DNA of 64,000 nt, taken from Acidobacteriota bacterium (GTDB lineage: Bacteria > Acidobacteriota > UBA890 > WLXD01). The position numbers and the translations under genes are program-made. This document shows positions 39,326 through 48,283 of the stretch, one piece after another; the first letter of the stretch is position 1, and the number at the start of each line of letters is the position of its first letter. Below the pieces are notes generated by a model that worked only from the letters and a program-made list of their open reading frames with translations, ran no database searches and was not told the DNA's origin. The stretch lies in assembly GCA_965205505.1 (NCBI GenBank), contig CBDBHB010000009.1, positions 2,432,001-2,496,000 on the forward strand, given 5' to 3'.

Positions 39326-40011
39326 TGGTAACCGGCAAGCCGACCACTGAGCCTTACCAGGGAGCTACGCATGTTCGACACGTCGAGGTGGTGGCGCCGT
39401 TCGGCGAGAACTCGTGGTTGATTGGCTGCCCCGAAACAGGTGCTGCGGCGCTTGTCGATCCGGGCGGTCACGTAACGGAGTTGCTCGCCATTGCCGGCCA
39501 GCAAGGGCTCGACGTCGAGCAGATCTGGCTCACTCACGCTCATATCGATCACGTAGCGGGTGTTGCCGAGGCAGTAGAGGCGACCGGCGCGCCGCTGGCG
39601 CTCCACCCGCTGGATCGACCGCTGTACGACGCGGTCGAGCAGCAGGCGGCGATGTTCGGGCTTCATGTGCCATCGTTGCCGACACCGACCCGCTGGCTCG
39701 AAACCGACGAGATGATGGAGCTGGGGGGACTGCGCGCCCGAGTTCTGCACGTGCCCGGCCATGCGCCGGGACACGTGGCCTTCTGGTTCGCTGAGCTCGA
39801 TATCGTGGTTTCGGGTGACTGTCTGTTTGCCGGATCGATCGGCCGCACCGATCTGCCAGGTGGCAACTACGAGGCCCTGATGCACTCGATTCGCACCGTG
39901 TTGCTCCCTCTCGGCGAAGAGGTCACGGTGCTTCCTGGTCATGGCCCGGAAACGACACTGGGTCAGGAGCGGCGCACCAACCCGTTTCTTACCACGCCGT
40001 CTTCCGCCTGA
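39325..40011 (+). CDS. MBL-fold metallohydrolase (glyoxalase II/YcbL-like)
   Basis: THAHIDH, PGHAPG, SGDCLF.GSIGRTDL, PGHG. Confidence 0.9.
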   Translation: MVTGKPTTEPYQGATHVRHVEVVAPFGENSWLIGCPETGAAALVDPGGHVTELLAIAGQQGLDVEQIWLTHAHIDHVAGVAEAVEATGAPLALHPLDRPLYDAVEQQAAMFGLHVPSLPTPTRWLETDEMMELGGLRARVLHVPGHAPGHVAFWFAELDIVVSGDCLFAGSIGRTDLPGGNYEALMHSIRTVLLPLGEEVTVLPGHGPETTLGQERRTNPFLTTPSSA

Positions 40012-40050
40012 CGGCGCGATCAGAGCCCACTAGAGTTCTTCAGCGCCCTG

Positions 40051-40065
40051 CTAGTGTCCTGAATA
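40051..40065. repeat. Short IS630-type end remnant
   Basis: ctagtgtcctga is identical to the reverse complement of 15453-15464 and lies between convergent genes. Confidence 0.35.
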
Positions 40066-40068
40066 GGC

Positions 40069-41346
40069 TCAGGCTCCCATGAGCCTCTTGGTGAGCCACT
40101 TTTCGGCATCGAGGGCGGCGCGGCAGCCATATCCCGCGGCGGTGATCGCCTGCCGGTAGTGGTGGTCGTGGACATCGCCCGCCACGAACACGCCGTCGAT
40201 CGCGGTGCTGGGCAGCGGCCGCTCGTCGTCGGCTACGTAGCCCAGCTCATCGAGCCGGATCGGCCAGTCGACCAGCACTCCGGTGTTGGGGTCGTGACCG
40301 ATGGCGATAAAGCATCCGTCGACCTGCACGTTGGCACCCTCGCCGGTTTGATTGTTGATCACTTGCACGCCGGTGAGTCCTGTTTCCGACGTGCCGACGA
40401 ACTCCTCGACCTCGGTGTTCCACAGGACATCGATCTGCTCGTGCTCCAGAACGCGTCGAGCCATGATGGGGCTGGCGCGGAGCTCGTCGCGTCGGTGTAG
40501 AAGCGTCACCGAGGAAGCGAACTTGGTGAGGAACAGGGCCTCTTCCATGGCGGAGTCACCGCCGCCGACGATCGCTACGGGTCGACCGCGGAAGAAGGCT
40601 GCATCGCACGTCGCGCAGGTGGAGACGCCGTAGCCGCGTAGCTCCATCTCACCGGGTACCCCCAGGGCCTTTGGCGACGCGCCCGTGGCAATGATCAGCG
40701 CATCGCAAGTGTGCTCGGCGCTGCCCTCCAGGACGACCTTGAAAGGGTGCTCACCTAGCTGAAGGCTGTCGACGTGACCAAACAACAGCTCGGCGCCGAA
40801 TCGCTCCGCCTGCGCCCGCATCCCGTCGATGAGCTCGGGCCCTTGGATACCGTCTGGGAACCCTGGGAAGTTCTCGACATCCGTCGTCGTGTATAGCTGT
40901 CCACCTAGCTCGCGACCGGTGATCACCAGCGGCGCCAAGTTGGCACGGGCGCTATAGATGGCCGCTGTCAGGCCGGCGCAGCCGGAGCCGATGATGATCA
41001 GCTCACGATGGTTCTCAGCCACCTCGCCCTCCGGGGCCCTGTCACGGCTATCGGCGTCCACAATCCCGGCACCGTTGTGGCCGTCGCGGTCGGCGTTGAG
41101 CAGCGGGTCCAGTTCGCCGCGAGTCTCGAGCGCGGCGAGCTCGTCGAACCCACCGATGTGCAGATCGTCGATGAATATCTGTGGCGCGGTGGCACGGCCG
41201 TTGGAGCGCTCGATCATCTCCGCGAATCGAGCACGGTCGGTCGAGACGTCGATCTCGTCCCATTCCACGCCCTTCGCCGCGAGCAGGTTCTTGGCCCAGC
41301 TGCAGTACGAGCAGAACGACTTGGTGTAGACGACAACTTGAGGCAT
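40069..41346 (-). CDS. trxB: Glutaredoxin-3 / thioredoxin reductase fusion
   Basis: N-terminal Grx (CSYC, TAPQIFI, IGGFD), acidic linker, then TrxR (IGSGCAG, VENFPG, CATCD, GGGDSA, HRRDELR, YRQAITAAG.GC.AA). Confidence 0.92.
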   Translation of the reverse strand: MPQVVVYTKSFCSYCSWAKNLLAAKGVEWDEIDVSTDRARFAEMIERSNGRATAPQIFIDDLHIGGFDELAALETRGELDPLLNADRDGHNGAGIVDADSRDRAPEGEVAENHRELIIIGSGCAGLTAAIYSARANLAPLVITGRELGGQLYTTTDVENFPGFPDGIQGPELIDGMRAQAERFGAELLFGHVDSLQLGEHPFKVVLEGSAEHTCDALIIATGASPKALGVPGEMELRGYGVSTCATCDAAFFRGRPVAIVGGGDSAMEEALFLTKFASSVTLLHRRDELRASPIMARRVLEHEQIDVLWNTEVEEFVGTSETGLTGVQVINNQTGEGANVQVDGCFIAIGHDPNTGVLVDWPIRLDELGYVADDERPLPSTAIDGVFVAGDVHDHHYRQAITAAGYGCRAALDAEKWLTKRLMGA

Positions 41347-41542
41347 CAGTGTGGGCGGTGGATGGTGTTGACGGGCTCGGCCGATCGGTCAGAGATCATC
41401 CTAACTCTTGCCGCGGTGACGGATGTGTCGCGACACCGGCGCGCTCGTGTGCTGGGCCGCTCGCAAGCCACTACACTTCAGCGGGACCCGAGACCACTAC
41501 TGGCTGCCGCCGCTTTCCTTCGGAGAGGGACTCTTGCCGCCG

Positions 41543-42280
41543 ATGCGACCGCACCGTGTTGCTTTGGTCACCGGTGGCGCCATCCGTGTCGGGCGCGCCA
41601 TTAGCATGGCGTTGGGACGCGCTGGCTACGCGGTGGCAATCAACTATCTGCGATCGGCGCAGCCTGCTGACGAGCTGGTGTCGGAGCTACGGACGGCAGG
41701 AGGGCGGGCGGCGGCGCTGCAGGCAGACATCACCGATCCGCGGTCAGCCACCGAGCTCGTCGACGCGGTCAAGCACGAGCTCGGCGAGGTTGATCTGCTG
41801 GTCAACAACGCCGCCGTTTTCGAACGCCGGGCATTCGTCGAACTGGACGAAACAACCTGGCAATACCACCTGAGCCTGAACCTCGAGGCGCCTTTCCGGC
41901 TCACTCGCTTGGTGGGGGAGCGCATGTGGGAGCGTGGCCGGGGCCGCATCGTCAACATTTGCGGCACTATTGGCATCCATCCACTCGGGGACTACGCTGC
42001 GTACTGCGTTGCCAAGAGCGGTCTCGATGCGTTGACGCGTTGCAGCGCTCAAGCTTTGGCGCCGCGCGTGCAGGTAAACGGGGTGGCGCCGGGCGCCATC
42101 CTGTTCCCTGAGGGAACGTCGGAGGCGGAGCGCGAGAGGGTGCTGGCCCGCGTGCCGGCGGGGTCTGCCGGGACTCCCGAAGACGTAGCGCGCGGCGTGC
42201 TCTTCTTCGCCGAAGCGCCGGACTACATAACTGGCACCATCCTGCCGGTCGACGGCGGCGCGTCGCTGAGTGCCGGCTAG
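41543..42280 (+). CDS. Pteridine reductase/FolM-like SDR
   Basis: TGGAIRVG, VNNA, YCVAK, LAPRVQVNGVAPG, VDGG. Confidence 0.85.
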   Translation: MRPHRVALVTGGAIRVGRAISMALGRAGYAVAINYLRSAQPADELVSELRTAGGRAAALQADITDPRSATELVDAVKHELGEVDLLVNNAAVFERRAFVELDETTWQYHLSLNLEAPFRLTRLVGERMWERGRGRIVNICGTIGIHPLGDYAAYCVAKSGLDALTRCSAQALAPRVQVNGVAPGAILFPEGTSEAERERVLARVPAGSAGTPEDVARGVLFFAEAPDYITGTILPVDGGASLSAG

Positions 42281-42555
42281 TGCTCCTGATCATAAGTACG
42301 GTGACGTTTGTGGCGCGCGCGACCGGGGCGAATTGTGGGAGCGGCGACGAGGGCGATGCAGGGTGTATCGTCGAGGCGCCGCGACGCCGAAGGTGGCCGG
42401 TCCCGCGGCCACCCGGAGGGCAGGAGCGATATGCGGACGATCTCGGCGTCAGGGCTCGTCGAGGATGGCTAAGGCATCGCCTTCCTCACCCTTCCTTGAT
42501 CTCGCCCGCATCTCGCTCCTGCAAACGTCACCGTACTTATGATCAGGAGCACTAG
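42277..42555. mobile_element. IS630-type MITE, family 1 copy A (279 bp)
   Basis: Perfect 34-bp terminal inverted repeat ctagtgctcctgatcataagtacggtgacgtttg. About 8 differences from the copy at 54970. Inserted at the SDR TAG. Confidence 0.92.
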
Positions 42556-43514
42556 TGTCAGCTCGATTCCACCACGGCCCGGTGATGATGTTCGGATCGC
42601 TTGATGCGGTGGCGGGTCTTGTCGCAGAGCGGATCTTGGGGGCAGGCGGTGACGCCATCGGGGTGGGCGCCAGGGAGCCGCCCGGGTGGCCGGGTGAGGC
42701 CGATTTTCATATATGCCGAGACCGGCGTGGGGTTGCTGCAGCAATACGCGAGCTTAGGCCAGAGTGCCTGATCAACTTCTGTGTCGACTCGCTCGCCCGC
42801 TCTGGGCGGCTCGCTCTTGCGAACACCGCGATGCGCGCCGCGGCGAGCGTGCGCGTACCACTGTTGATCCACTGGGGCAGCGCCGCCGCATACCCGCAGC
42901 CGTCGTCGGATGGGCGCCCTTGGTTGGAGACCGATACGCTCGATGACGCAGCAGGAGCCAACGACCAGACGGCGATAGATCGCGCCGTGCGTGAGTTCGC
43001 CGGGGTACACGGCCGAACAAACGTCTATGTGTTCCGGGCCGCTGCAACCATAGGGCCTCGGAGCACGAGCCTCATCGAAGATCTGCTGCGCACGCCGTTG
43101 GTCTCACGGCTACAACGTGATCCGATGGTGCAATTCCTTCATGAAGACGACGCCGCGGACGTTCTTTGGCGGGCGATACGGGAAGGGCACGGTGGTACCT
43201 ACAACGTGGCCGCCGACGGTCTACTACGACTCTCTGAGGTGTGCCGAGCCGTTGCGCGGCCCAGTCGGGTGCTTCCCGTCGGCTTTGCCTGGCTACTAGC
43301 AGGAGTTGCCTGGTTGTTGCGGCGGGCGCCATCGCCAGCGCGCCAGCTGCGCTGGTCATCCGGGTTGCCGATCATCGACAACACTCGACTGAAGACCCAC
43401 TTCGGGACGCGGCCGCGCCACACGGGACGCGAGGCCCTGGCAGCTGCTCGGGCTCACACGGCATTCAGCACCCTACTAGATGGGGAGTCGTCGACGTCCC
43501 CCGACCCGCCTTAA
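42555..43514 (+). CDS. Degenerate NAD-dependent epimerase/dehydratase-fold protein
   Basis: SAAAY, PMVQFLHEDDAA, GTYNVAADG and DNTRLK..FG..P match extended SDRs. GxxGxxG and YxxxK were not seen. Confidence 0.7.
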   Translation: MSARFHHGPVMMFGSLDAVAGLVAERILGAGGDAIGVGAREPPGWPGEADFHICRDRRGVAAAIRELRPECLINFCVDSLARSGRLALANTAMRAAASVRVPLLIHWGSAAAYPQPSSDGRPWLETDTLDDAAGANDQTAIDRAVREFAGVHGRTNVYVFRAAATIGPRSTSLIEDLLRTPLVSRLQRDPMVQFLHEDDAADVLWRAIREGHGGTYNVAADGLLRLSEVCRAVARPSRVLPVGFAWLLAGVAWLLRRAPSPARQLRWSSGLPIIDNTRLKTHFGTRPRHTGREALAAARAHTAFSTLLDGESSTSPDPP

Positions 43515-43566
43515 CCAGGCCCCGTCGCGCTCGCTACAGGCGTACCACTATTTGTGGGGCGTAGCA

Positions 43567-44205
43567 CTAGAAGCCCCAGGCGAGCCCCACCACCACCGTA
43601 TGCGCGTTGATGCCCGGGTTCGCCGGCCCGGTGCCGGCGTTCGAAACGTGATGCAGGCGGTAGTCGATTTGGATCGCTCGTCGTTCGGAGACAGCGAACT
43701 CCACCCCGGCGCCAACGAAGAGCGTGTAGTTGAAGCGCGTCTCGCCCGGGGGAACCCGGCGCGACGTGAACAACGTTCCTGTACCAGCCCGGATCACCGG
43801 GCGGACACTGCGTGCCGGCCTCAGGCGATGTTCGTACACGAGGCTCCAAGCCGCGCCCCAGGCGCTCGGCGATTGATCGAAGTAGCTGAATGGCGAGAGC
43901 TCGACGCCGACTGCAGGTTGCCCCCCCAAGAACTTCTTGGTGCTGGCGAGCACGTCTTGGCCGCCCAGCACTCGCGTCCATCGCACCCACACCGAGTCGA
44001 TGTCGATTTCCTTCGAGCCGTTGATCTGTGCACCGATCCCATGGCTACCGGCTACCGCCCAGCGGTTATGTCCCGGTCGCTTGGCCTGCACGTCTTCCGT
44101 GCGAGAGGCAGGCTCGGGCAACTCGAGGGGAGGGGCGGTGTCCTGGGCGAGCACGGGAGTCGCGAGACTCAAGATGGCCAAGATGAGCGAACTGCATCGC
44201 AGCAT
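43567..44205 (-). CDS. PagL / acyloxyacyl hydrolase family outer-membrane protein
   Basis: Signal peptide, RFNYT, YRLHHVSNAG...NPGIN catalytic motif, C-terminal Phe. Confidence 0.82.
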   Translation of the reverse strand: MLRCSSLILAILSLATPVLAQDTAPPLELPEPASRTEDVQAKRPGHNRWAVAGSHGIGAQINGSKEIDIDSVWVRWTRVLGGQDVLASTKKFLGGQPAVGVELSPFSYFDQSPSAWGAAWSLVYEHRLRPARSVRPVIRAGTGTLFTSRRVPPGETRFNYTLFVGAGVEFAVSERRAIQIDYRLHHVSNAGTGPANPGINAHTVVVGLAWGF

Positions 44206-44469
44206 CGTAAACTCGCGGGTTTCCGGATGCGCTGCCCTCACCTCGGCAACCGCGTCCTGGCGGTTCGATCCCACAGTTTCGCATGCTCGATGGACGGGTG
44301 CGTTTCGTGGCCGACCCGCCCGGGTGCTTGACTCCCATTGCACAAGCCCTGAGACTGCGGCCGCGGTCTCGGCCACCCCTGAGCGAGTCGCTGCGATGCA
44401 GCGCGTTGCGTGGCTCGCGGCTTCTCACTGCGGTCGGGATGTCGATCTCGAGGGTGTCGAACGCTCGTC

Positions 44470-45492
44470 ATGAACCACGACCGGACCCAACCCCCGTCAC
44501 GTCCGGGCCCTGACAGGCGCGATCGTTTCCGAGCTCCGGAACACGATCGCGCGCTTCGAGTCATGGAAGCTCACCGGGTGCGGGAGCTTGCCGTGAAGAC
44601 GTCGATCTTCCGGCTGTCCGTCGCCGCCGCGCTCGGGCTGGTGCTGTTGAAGCTCGGTGCCGCCTGGTGGACCAACAGCCTGGCGATTCTCGCCTCCGGC
44701 CTCGACTCGATGCTCGACGTGGCGCTCGCCGGACTCAACTGGTTCTCGGCCAGGAAGGCGGAGGAGCCGCCGGACACCGAGCACCCGTTCGGGCACGGCA
44801 AGGTCGAGAGCCTCGTGGGCGGGATTCAGGCGTTGATATTGGCCGGTGTGGCGGTGTTTATCGGCGTTCAGGGCGTCGAGCGCCTACGCGCTCCGGAGCC
44901 CGTTGTCGGTACTACCTGGGGTGTCGGCGTGATGTTGGTCTCGGCGTTGGTCGCCCTCGGGCTCTCGCGGCTCATCCGTTCGCGCGGAGCCGGAACCGAG
45001 TCGCCGATAATCGCTACCGAACAGCTGCATTACTCGATGGATTTCACCAGTCACGCTGCCGTAATTCTTGCCCTCGTTCTGCAGGCGACCACGGGCGTCA
45101 TCTATTTCGATCCGTTCGTGTCGATCCTGATCGCCGTGTTCGTACTCTGGCAGGTGCGGGCGCTGAGCATCGACACCGCTCAGGATCTCCTGGACCGTGA
45201 GCTGCCGGCGGATGTTCAGCAGGAGATCGTCCGTGTCCTGGATGAGCATGGTGGCGAGGTGCTGGCATATCACGGCCTGCGCACGCGCCGCGCCGGAAGC
45301 CAGAAGATCGTCAATCTGCACTTGGTGCTGTGCAAGGCGATCAGCTTCGAGACCTCGCACCACATCGTTGACCACGTGGAGCAGGAGCTCGAGCTCGCGA
45401 TTCCGCGTACCGACGTGACCATCCACGCAGATCCGTGCGGCGAGTACTGTCCGGGCGAGGACCGCTGCCCGTGGTCTCGGTTGCTGCGCTAG
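44470..45492 (+). CDS. Cation diffusion facilitator (FieF-like)
   Basis: SLAILASGLDS.LD, PPDTEHPFGHGKVE, HYSMD, LRTRRAG, SHHIVD, IHADP. Confidence 0.9.
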   Translation: MNHDRTQPPSRPGPDRRDRFRAPEHDRALRVMEAHRVRELAVKTSIFRLSVAAALGLVLLKLGAAWWTNSLAILASGLDSMLDVALAGLNWFSARKAEEPPDTEHPFGHGKVESLVGGIQALILAGVAVFIGVQGVERLRAPEPVVGTTWGVGVMLVSALVALGLSRLIRSRGAGTESPIIATEQLHYSMDFTSHAAVILALVLQATTGVIYFDPFVSILIAVFVLWQVRALSIDTAQDLLDRELPADVQQEIVRVLDEHGGEVLAYHGLRTRRAGSQKIVNLHLVLCKAISFETSHHIVDHVEQELELAIPRTDVTIHADPCGEYCPGEDRCPWSRLLR

Positions 45493-45504
45493 GAAGTATC
45501 GCGA

Positions 45505-46377
45505 TCAAGAGCCCGCGTGCGGCTCGGCGTCTGGTTGGCTCGTGGCGACCGGCTTCGGTGGCGTGGCGGGTGCGGAGTCACTCGAGATCGGCAGCGGCGT
45601 CAGCCGCACGTAGGCGATCAGGATCACCAGGAAAGCAGCTCCGGATAGCAGCGCCAGCAACCCTGCGTCGCCGAACTCCGGTGCCTGGCTTTCAGTTGCC
45701 TCGAGCAACGGGATGGCGGCGAACGCCAGCAAATTGTTGGCGCCGTGCGCCAACATTGCCGGGAATATCGAGCCCGAGCGCCACACGAGAATACCGAAGT
45801 AGACGCCCAGCAGCGTGCGTGGCAACAGCCCGATAATGTCGAGGTGGAACAGCGCAAACAGCAGGCCGGTGATGAAGATCGGCACACCCCAGCGGCGGCC
45901 GCGAGCCAGCAGTTGCAGCATTAGGCCACGGAAGAGAAGCTCCTCGCAGACCGCGGCCAGAAACACTCCGCCGAACAGCAGCAGCGCCAGCTCGCCGGTG
46001 GTTTCTGTCTTCAGCAACGGTTCGAGCATTTGCTCCAGCAGCTCGCGCCAGTCGTCGCCGCCGGGAATAAACTCGAGGACCAACTCCTGCGTCGCTCCGC
46101 CGAACATCTGCAGCGGAATCGCAGTGGCCCCAGCGACCACGTAATGAATCCAATGCGTGGACCGCAGCAGGAACGCGTCGCGGAAGTTCAGTCTGAGCAG
46201 CAGTGCGAACAAGACCGGGGCGGCGAGGATCGCGCCGATCTCGTCCACGACGATCAGCAGCTTGAAGTCGAGTCCGGCGATCGTTCCGCCCATCGCCAGG
46301 AACAGATGGAGGGCGAGAGCGAACAAGAACAGCGCCATCGCGGTCCAGCGCGCGGACAGAGGAGGAGGCCAGGGCAA
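45505..46377 (-). CDS. CPBP (CAAX/Abi) intramembrane protease
   Basis: EELLFRG, FALFH, HGANN motifs. Start uncertain. Confidence 0.88.
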   Translation of the reverse strand: MPWPPPLSARWTAMALFLFALALHLFLAMGGTIAGLDFKLLIVVDEIGAILAAPVLFALLLRLNFRDAFLLRSTHWIHYVVAGATAIPLQMFGGATQELVLEFIPGGDDWRELLEQMLEPLLKTETTGELALLLFGGVFLAAVCEELLFRGLMLQLLARGRRWGVPIFITGLLFALFHLDIIGLLPRTLLGVYFGILVWRSGSIFPAMLAHGANNLLAFAAIPLLEATESQAPEFGDAGLLALLSGAAFLVILIAYVRLTPLPISSDSAPATPPKPVATSQPDAEPHAGS

Positions 46378-46515
46378 GAAACGGCTCCGGATGGCGTTTG
46401 CGAAGGCCGGGGCGCGGCGGACAGTGCGCGCAGAAGGCTCATACTAGCATAGGAAGAGAGGGTCTCCAGAGCCCAATCTCTTGACCCCACAATCGCTTGA
46501 CCGGAGCCGCAACGG

Positions 46516-46944
46516 ATGCCCATGGACGAACCGATGGTGCGCAAGTCGACGCCGTTCGATGCTCTCCTCGGCCTTGATGTGAAGCAGGCGCGCGACGGGG
46601 AGTCGGAGGTTCTGCTGGAGCTGGTAGCGGCCCATTGCAATCGGCGCGGCGTGGCTCACGGAGGTGTCGTGTGTGGGCTGCTCGACACCGCCTTGGGTGC
46701 GGCCGTGGTGTCAACGCTCAGTGAAGCCGAATGGTGCGGTACGCTCGAGCTCTCGGTACAGTTTCGAGACCCGGCCCGCCACGGCCCTCTCGTGGCGCGT
46801 GGGCGCGTTGCGCGTCGCGGGCGTCGCGTGGCGTTTGCCGAGGGCGAAGTGGTCGACGCCCGCGATCGTGTGGTAGCCGTCGCTCATGGAGTCTGGACGA
46901 TCTGGCCAAGCCATCCCGACGGTCAGAGCACCTCGCTGACCTGA
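46516..46944 (+). CDS. PaaI-family hotdog thioesterase
   Basis: NRRGVAHGG...LDTALG, TLELSVQF..P. Confidence 0.88.
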   Translation: MPMDEPMVRKSTPFDALLGLDVKQARDGESEVLLELVAAHCNRRGVAHGGVVCGLLDTALGAAVVSTLSEAEWCGTLELSVQFRDPARHGPLVARGRVARRGRRVAFAEGEVVDARDRVVAVAHGVWTIWPSHPDGQSTSLT

Positions 46945-46948
46945 GCGC

Positions 46949-48217
46949 TCAATCGTAGAGCAGGTAACGGGCCCGGATGCGGCGGAATTCCTGCAGTGCC
47001 GGCGCCCAGCTCGTCGTTACGGCAAGCGCGTCCATTCCGGACCGGAGCTGTTCGTGTATCGCAGGATCGCCCCACAGGGTCGCGAGTCGGCGGTGCTCCC
47101 ACGAGCCGGCGTAAAGGCGCTCGAGCGTGGTCGCGAGCGTCGCCGCGGTCAGGCCAGCGTCGAATGCTTCGCGGTCGATCACGATCAGGTCGACGCCAGC
47201 GCATTCCTCGCCGGCGTACACAGAGGCCGCTGGAGTCAGGTGTCGGGGTATGAATCGGAGCCCGGGGAGCGCCGCGGCGTTGAGCGCCGCGGCGAGCTCT
47301 CGAGCGTCGATCCAGGGAGCCCCGAACCATTCGAACGGGGTGTCAGTGCCGCGACCTACAGAGATATTGGTCCATTCCAGTGGGCCGAGAGCGGGGTACA
47401 GCAAGGCTTGGGTGAGGTTGCGAATGTTGGGCGACGGATTGCGCCACAGCAAGCCGGTCTCGTCGTACCACATGCCGCGTTGCCAGCCCTCGGTGCGGAT
47501 CACCGTGAGCTCCGCGTCGATGCCACGCTCGTCGTTGAAGTAGCCAGCAAGCTCGCCGATCGTCATACCGTGCCGGGTCGGTATGGGCGCGTAGCCGACG
47601 AACGCCAGCAGCGATTCGTCCAATACAGGTCCGCTGATCGCGATGCCGCCAATGGGATTCGGGCGGTCGAGGACGACGATGGGAAGCCCGAGGCGCGCGG
47701 CCTCCTCCATGCAATACGCGAGGGTCGTAGCGTAGGTGTAAAAACGTGTGCCGACGTCCTGAATATCGAAGACCAACCCCTCTAGGCCGCGTAGCATCTC
47801 GGCTGTGGGGCGCCGAGTGTCTCCGTAGAGGCTGTGGATTGGGAGGCCGGTGGCCGAGTCGAAGGAATCGGCGACGTCGCCGTCGAGGGCGGCGGCAAAC
47901 CCGTGTTCCGGACTGAATATCGCGACCAACTCGATTGCCGGTGACTTGGAGAGAACGACGGCGGTCAGGGCGCCTCCGCCGGTGCGGCCAGTGTCGTTGG
48001 TAACTAGCCCGACGCGTCTGCCGGCCAGTGGATGGAAGCCCGCGGCCTGCCAAACGTCGATCCCGGGCCTTGTCGGAGCCGCAGCTAGGGTCAGCCGGGG
48101 CAGAGCCGATGGGGCGGGGCTTGTGATCGCCAGAGCCGCTAGCGCGAGAGCACCTATCCACGGCAGGTTGCTGCTAGTCCGGGGTTTGTCGCCGCCGGTG
48201 GCGGGCCGTACACTCAT
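46949..48217 (-). CDS. namZ: Exo-beta-N-acetylmuramidase (DUF1343)
   Basis: RVGLVTN.TG, FSPEHG, SLYG, FDIQDVGTRFYTY, LDRPNP, RHGMTIGE, PSPN, SVGRGT..PFE. Start uncertain. Confidence 0.9.
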   Translation of the reverse strand: MSVRPATGGDKPRTSSNLPWIGALALAALAITSPAPSALPRLTLAAAPTRPGIDVWQAAGFHPLAGRRVGLVTNDTGRTGGGALTAVVLSKSPAIELVAIFSPEHGFAAALDGDVADSFDSATGLPIHSLYGDTRRPTAEMLRGLEGLVFDIQDVGTRFYTYATTLAYCMEEAARLGLPIVVLDRPNPIGGIAISGPVLDESLLAFVGYAPIPTRHGMTIGELAGYFNDERGIDAELTVIRTEGWQRGMWYDETGLLWRNPSPNIRNLTQALLYPALGPLEWTNISVGRGTDTPFEWFGAPWIDARELAAALNAAALPGLRFIPRHLTPAASVYAGEECAGVDLIVIDREAFDAGLTAATLATTLERLYAGSWEHRRLATLWGDPAIHEQLRSGMDALAVTTSWAPALQEFRRIRARYLLYD

Positions 48218-48283
48218 GTCACCGCTGCTGCCATGTCGCAGGAATCCATGATTCGGCTCCAGGATGCGCATCTTAGCTCACCA

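Noticed and set aside
44351-44370. Near-palindrome gagactgcggccgcggtctc between the divergent pagL-like and CDF genes
   Set aside because: It is GC-rich, single, and matches no operator I recognise, so chance is plausible.
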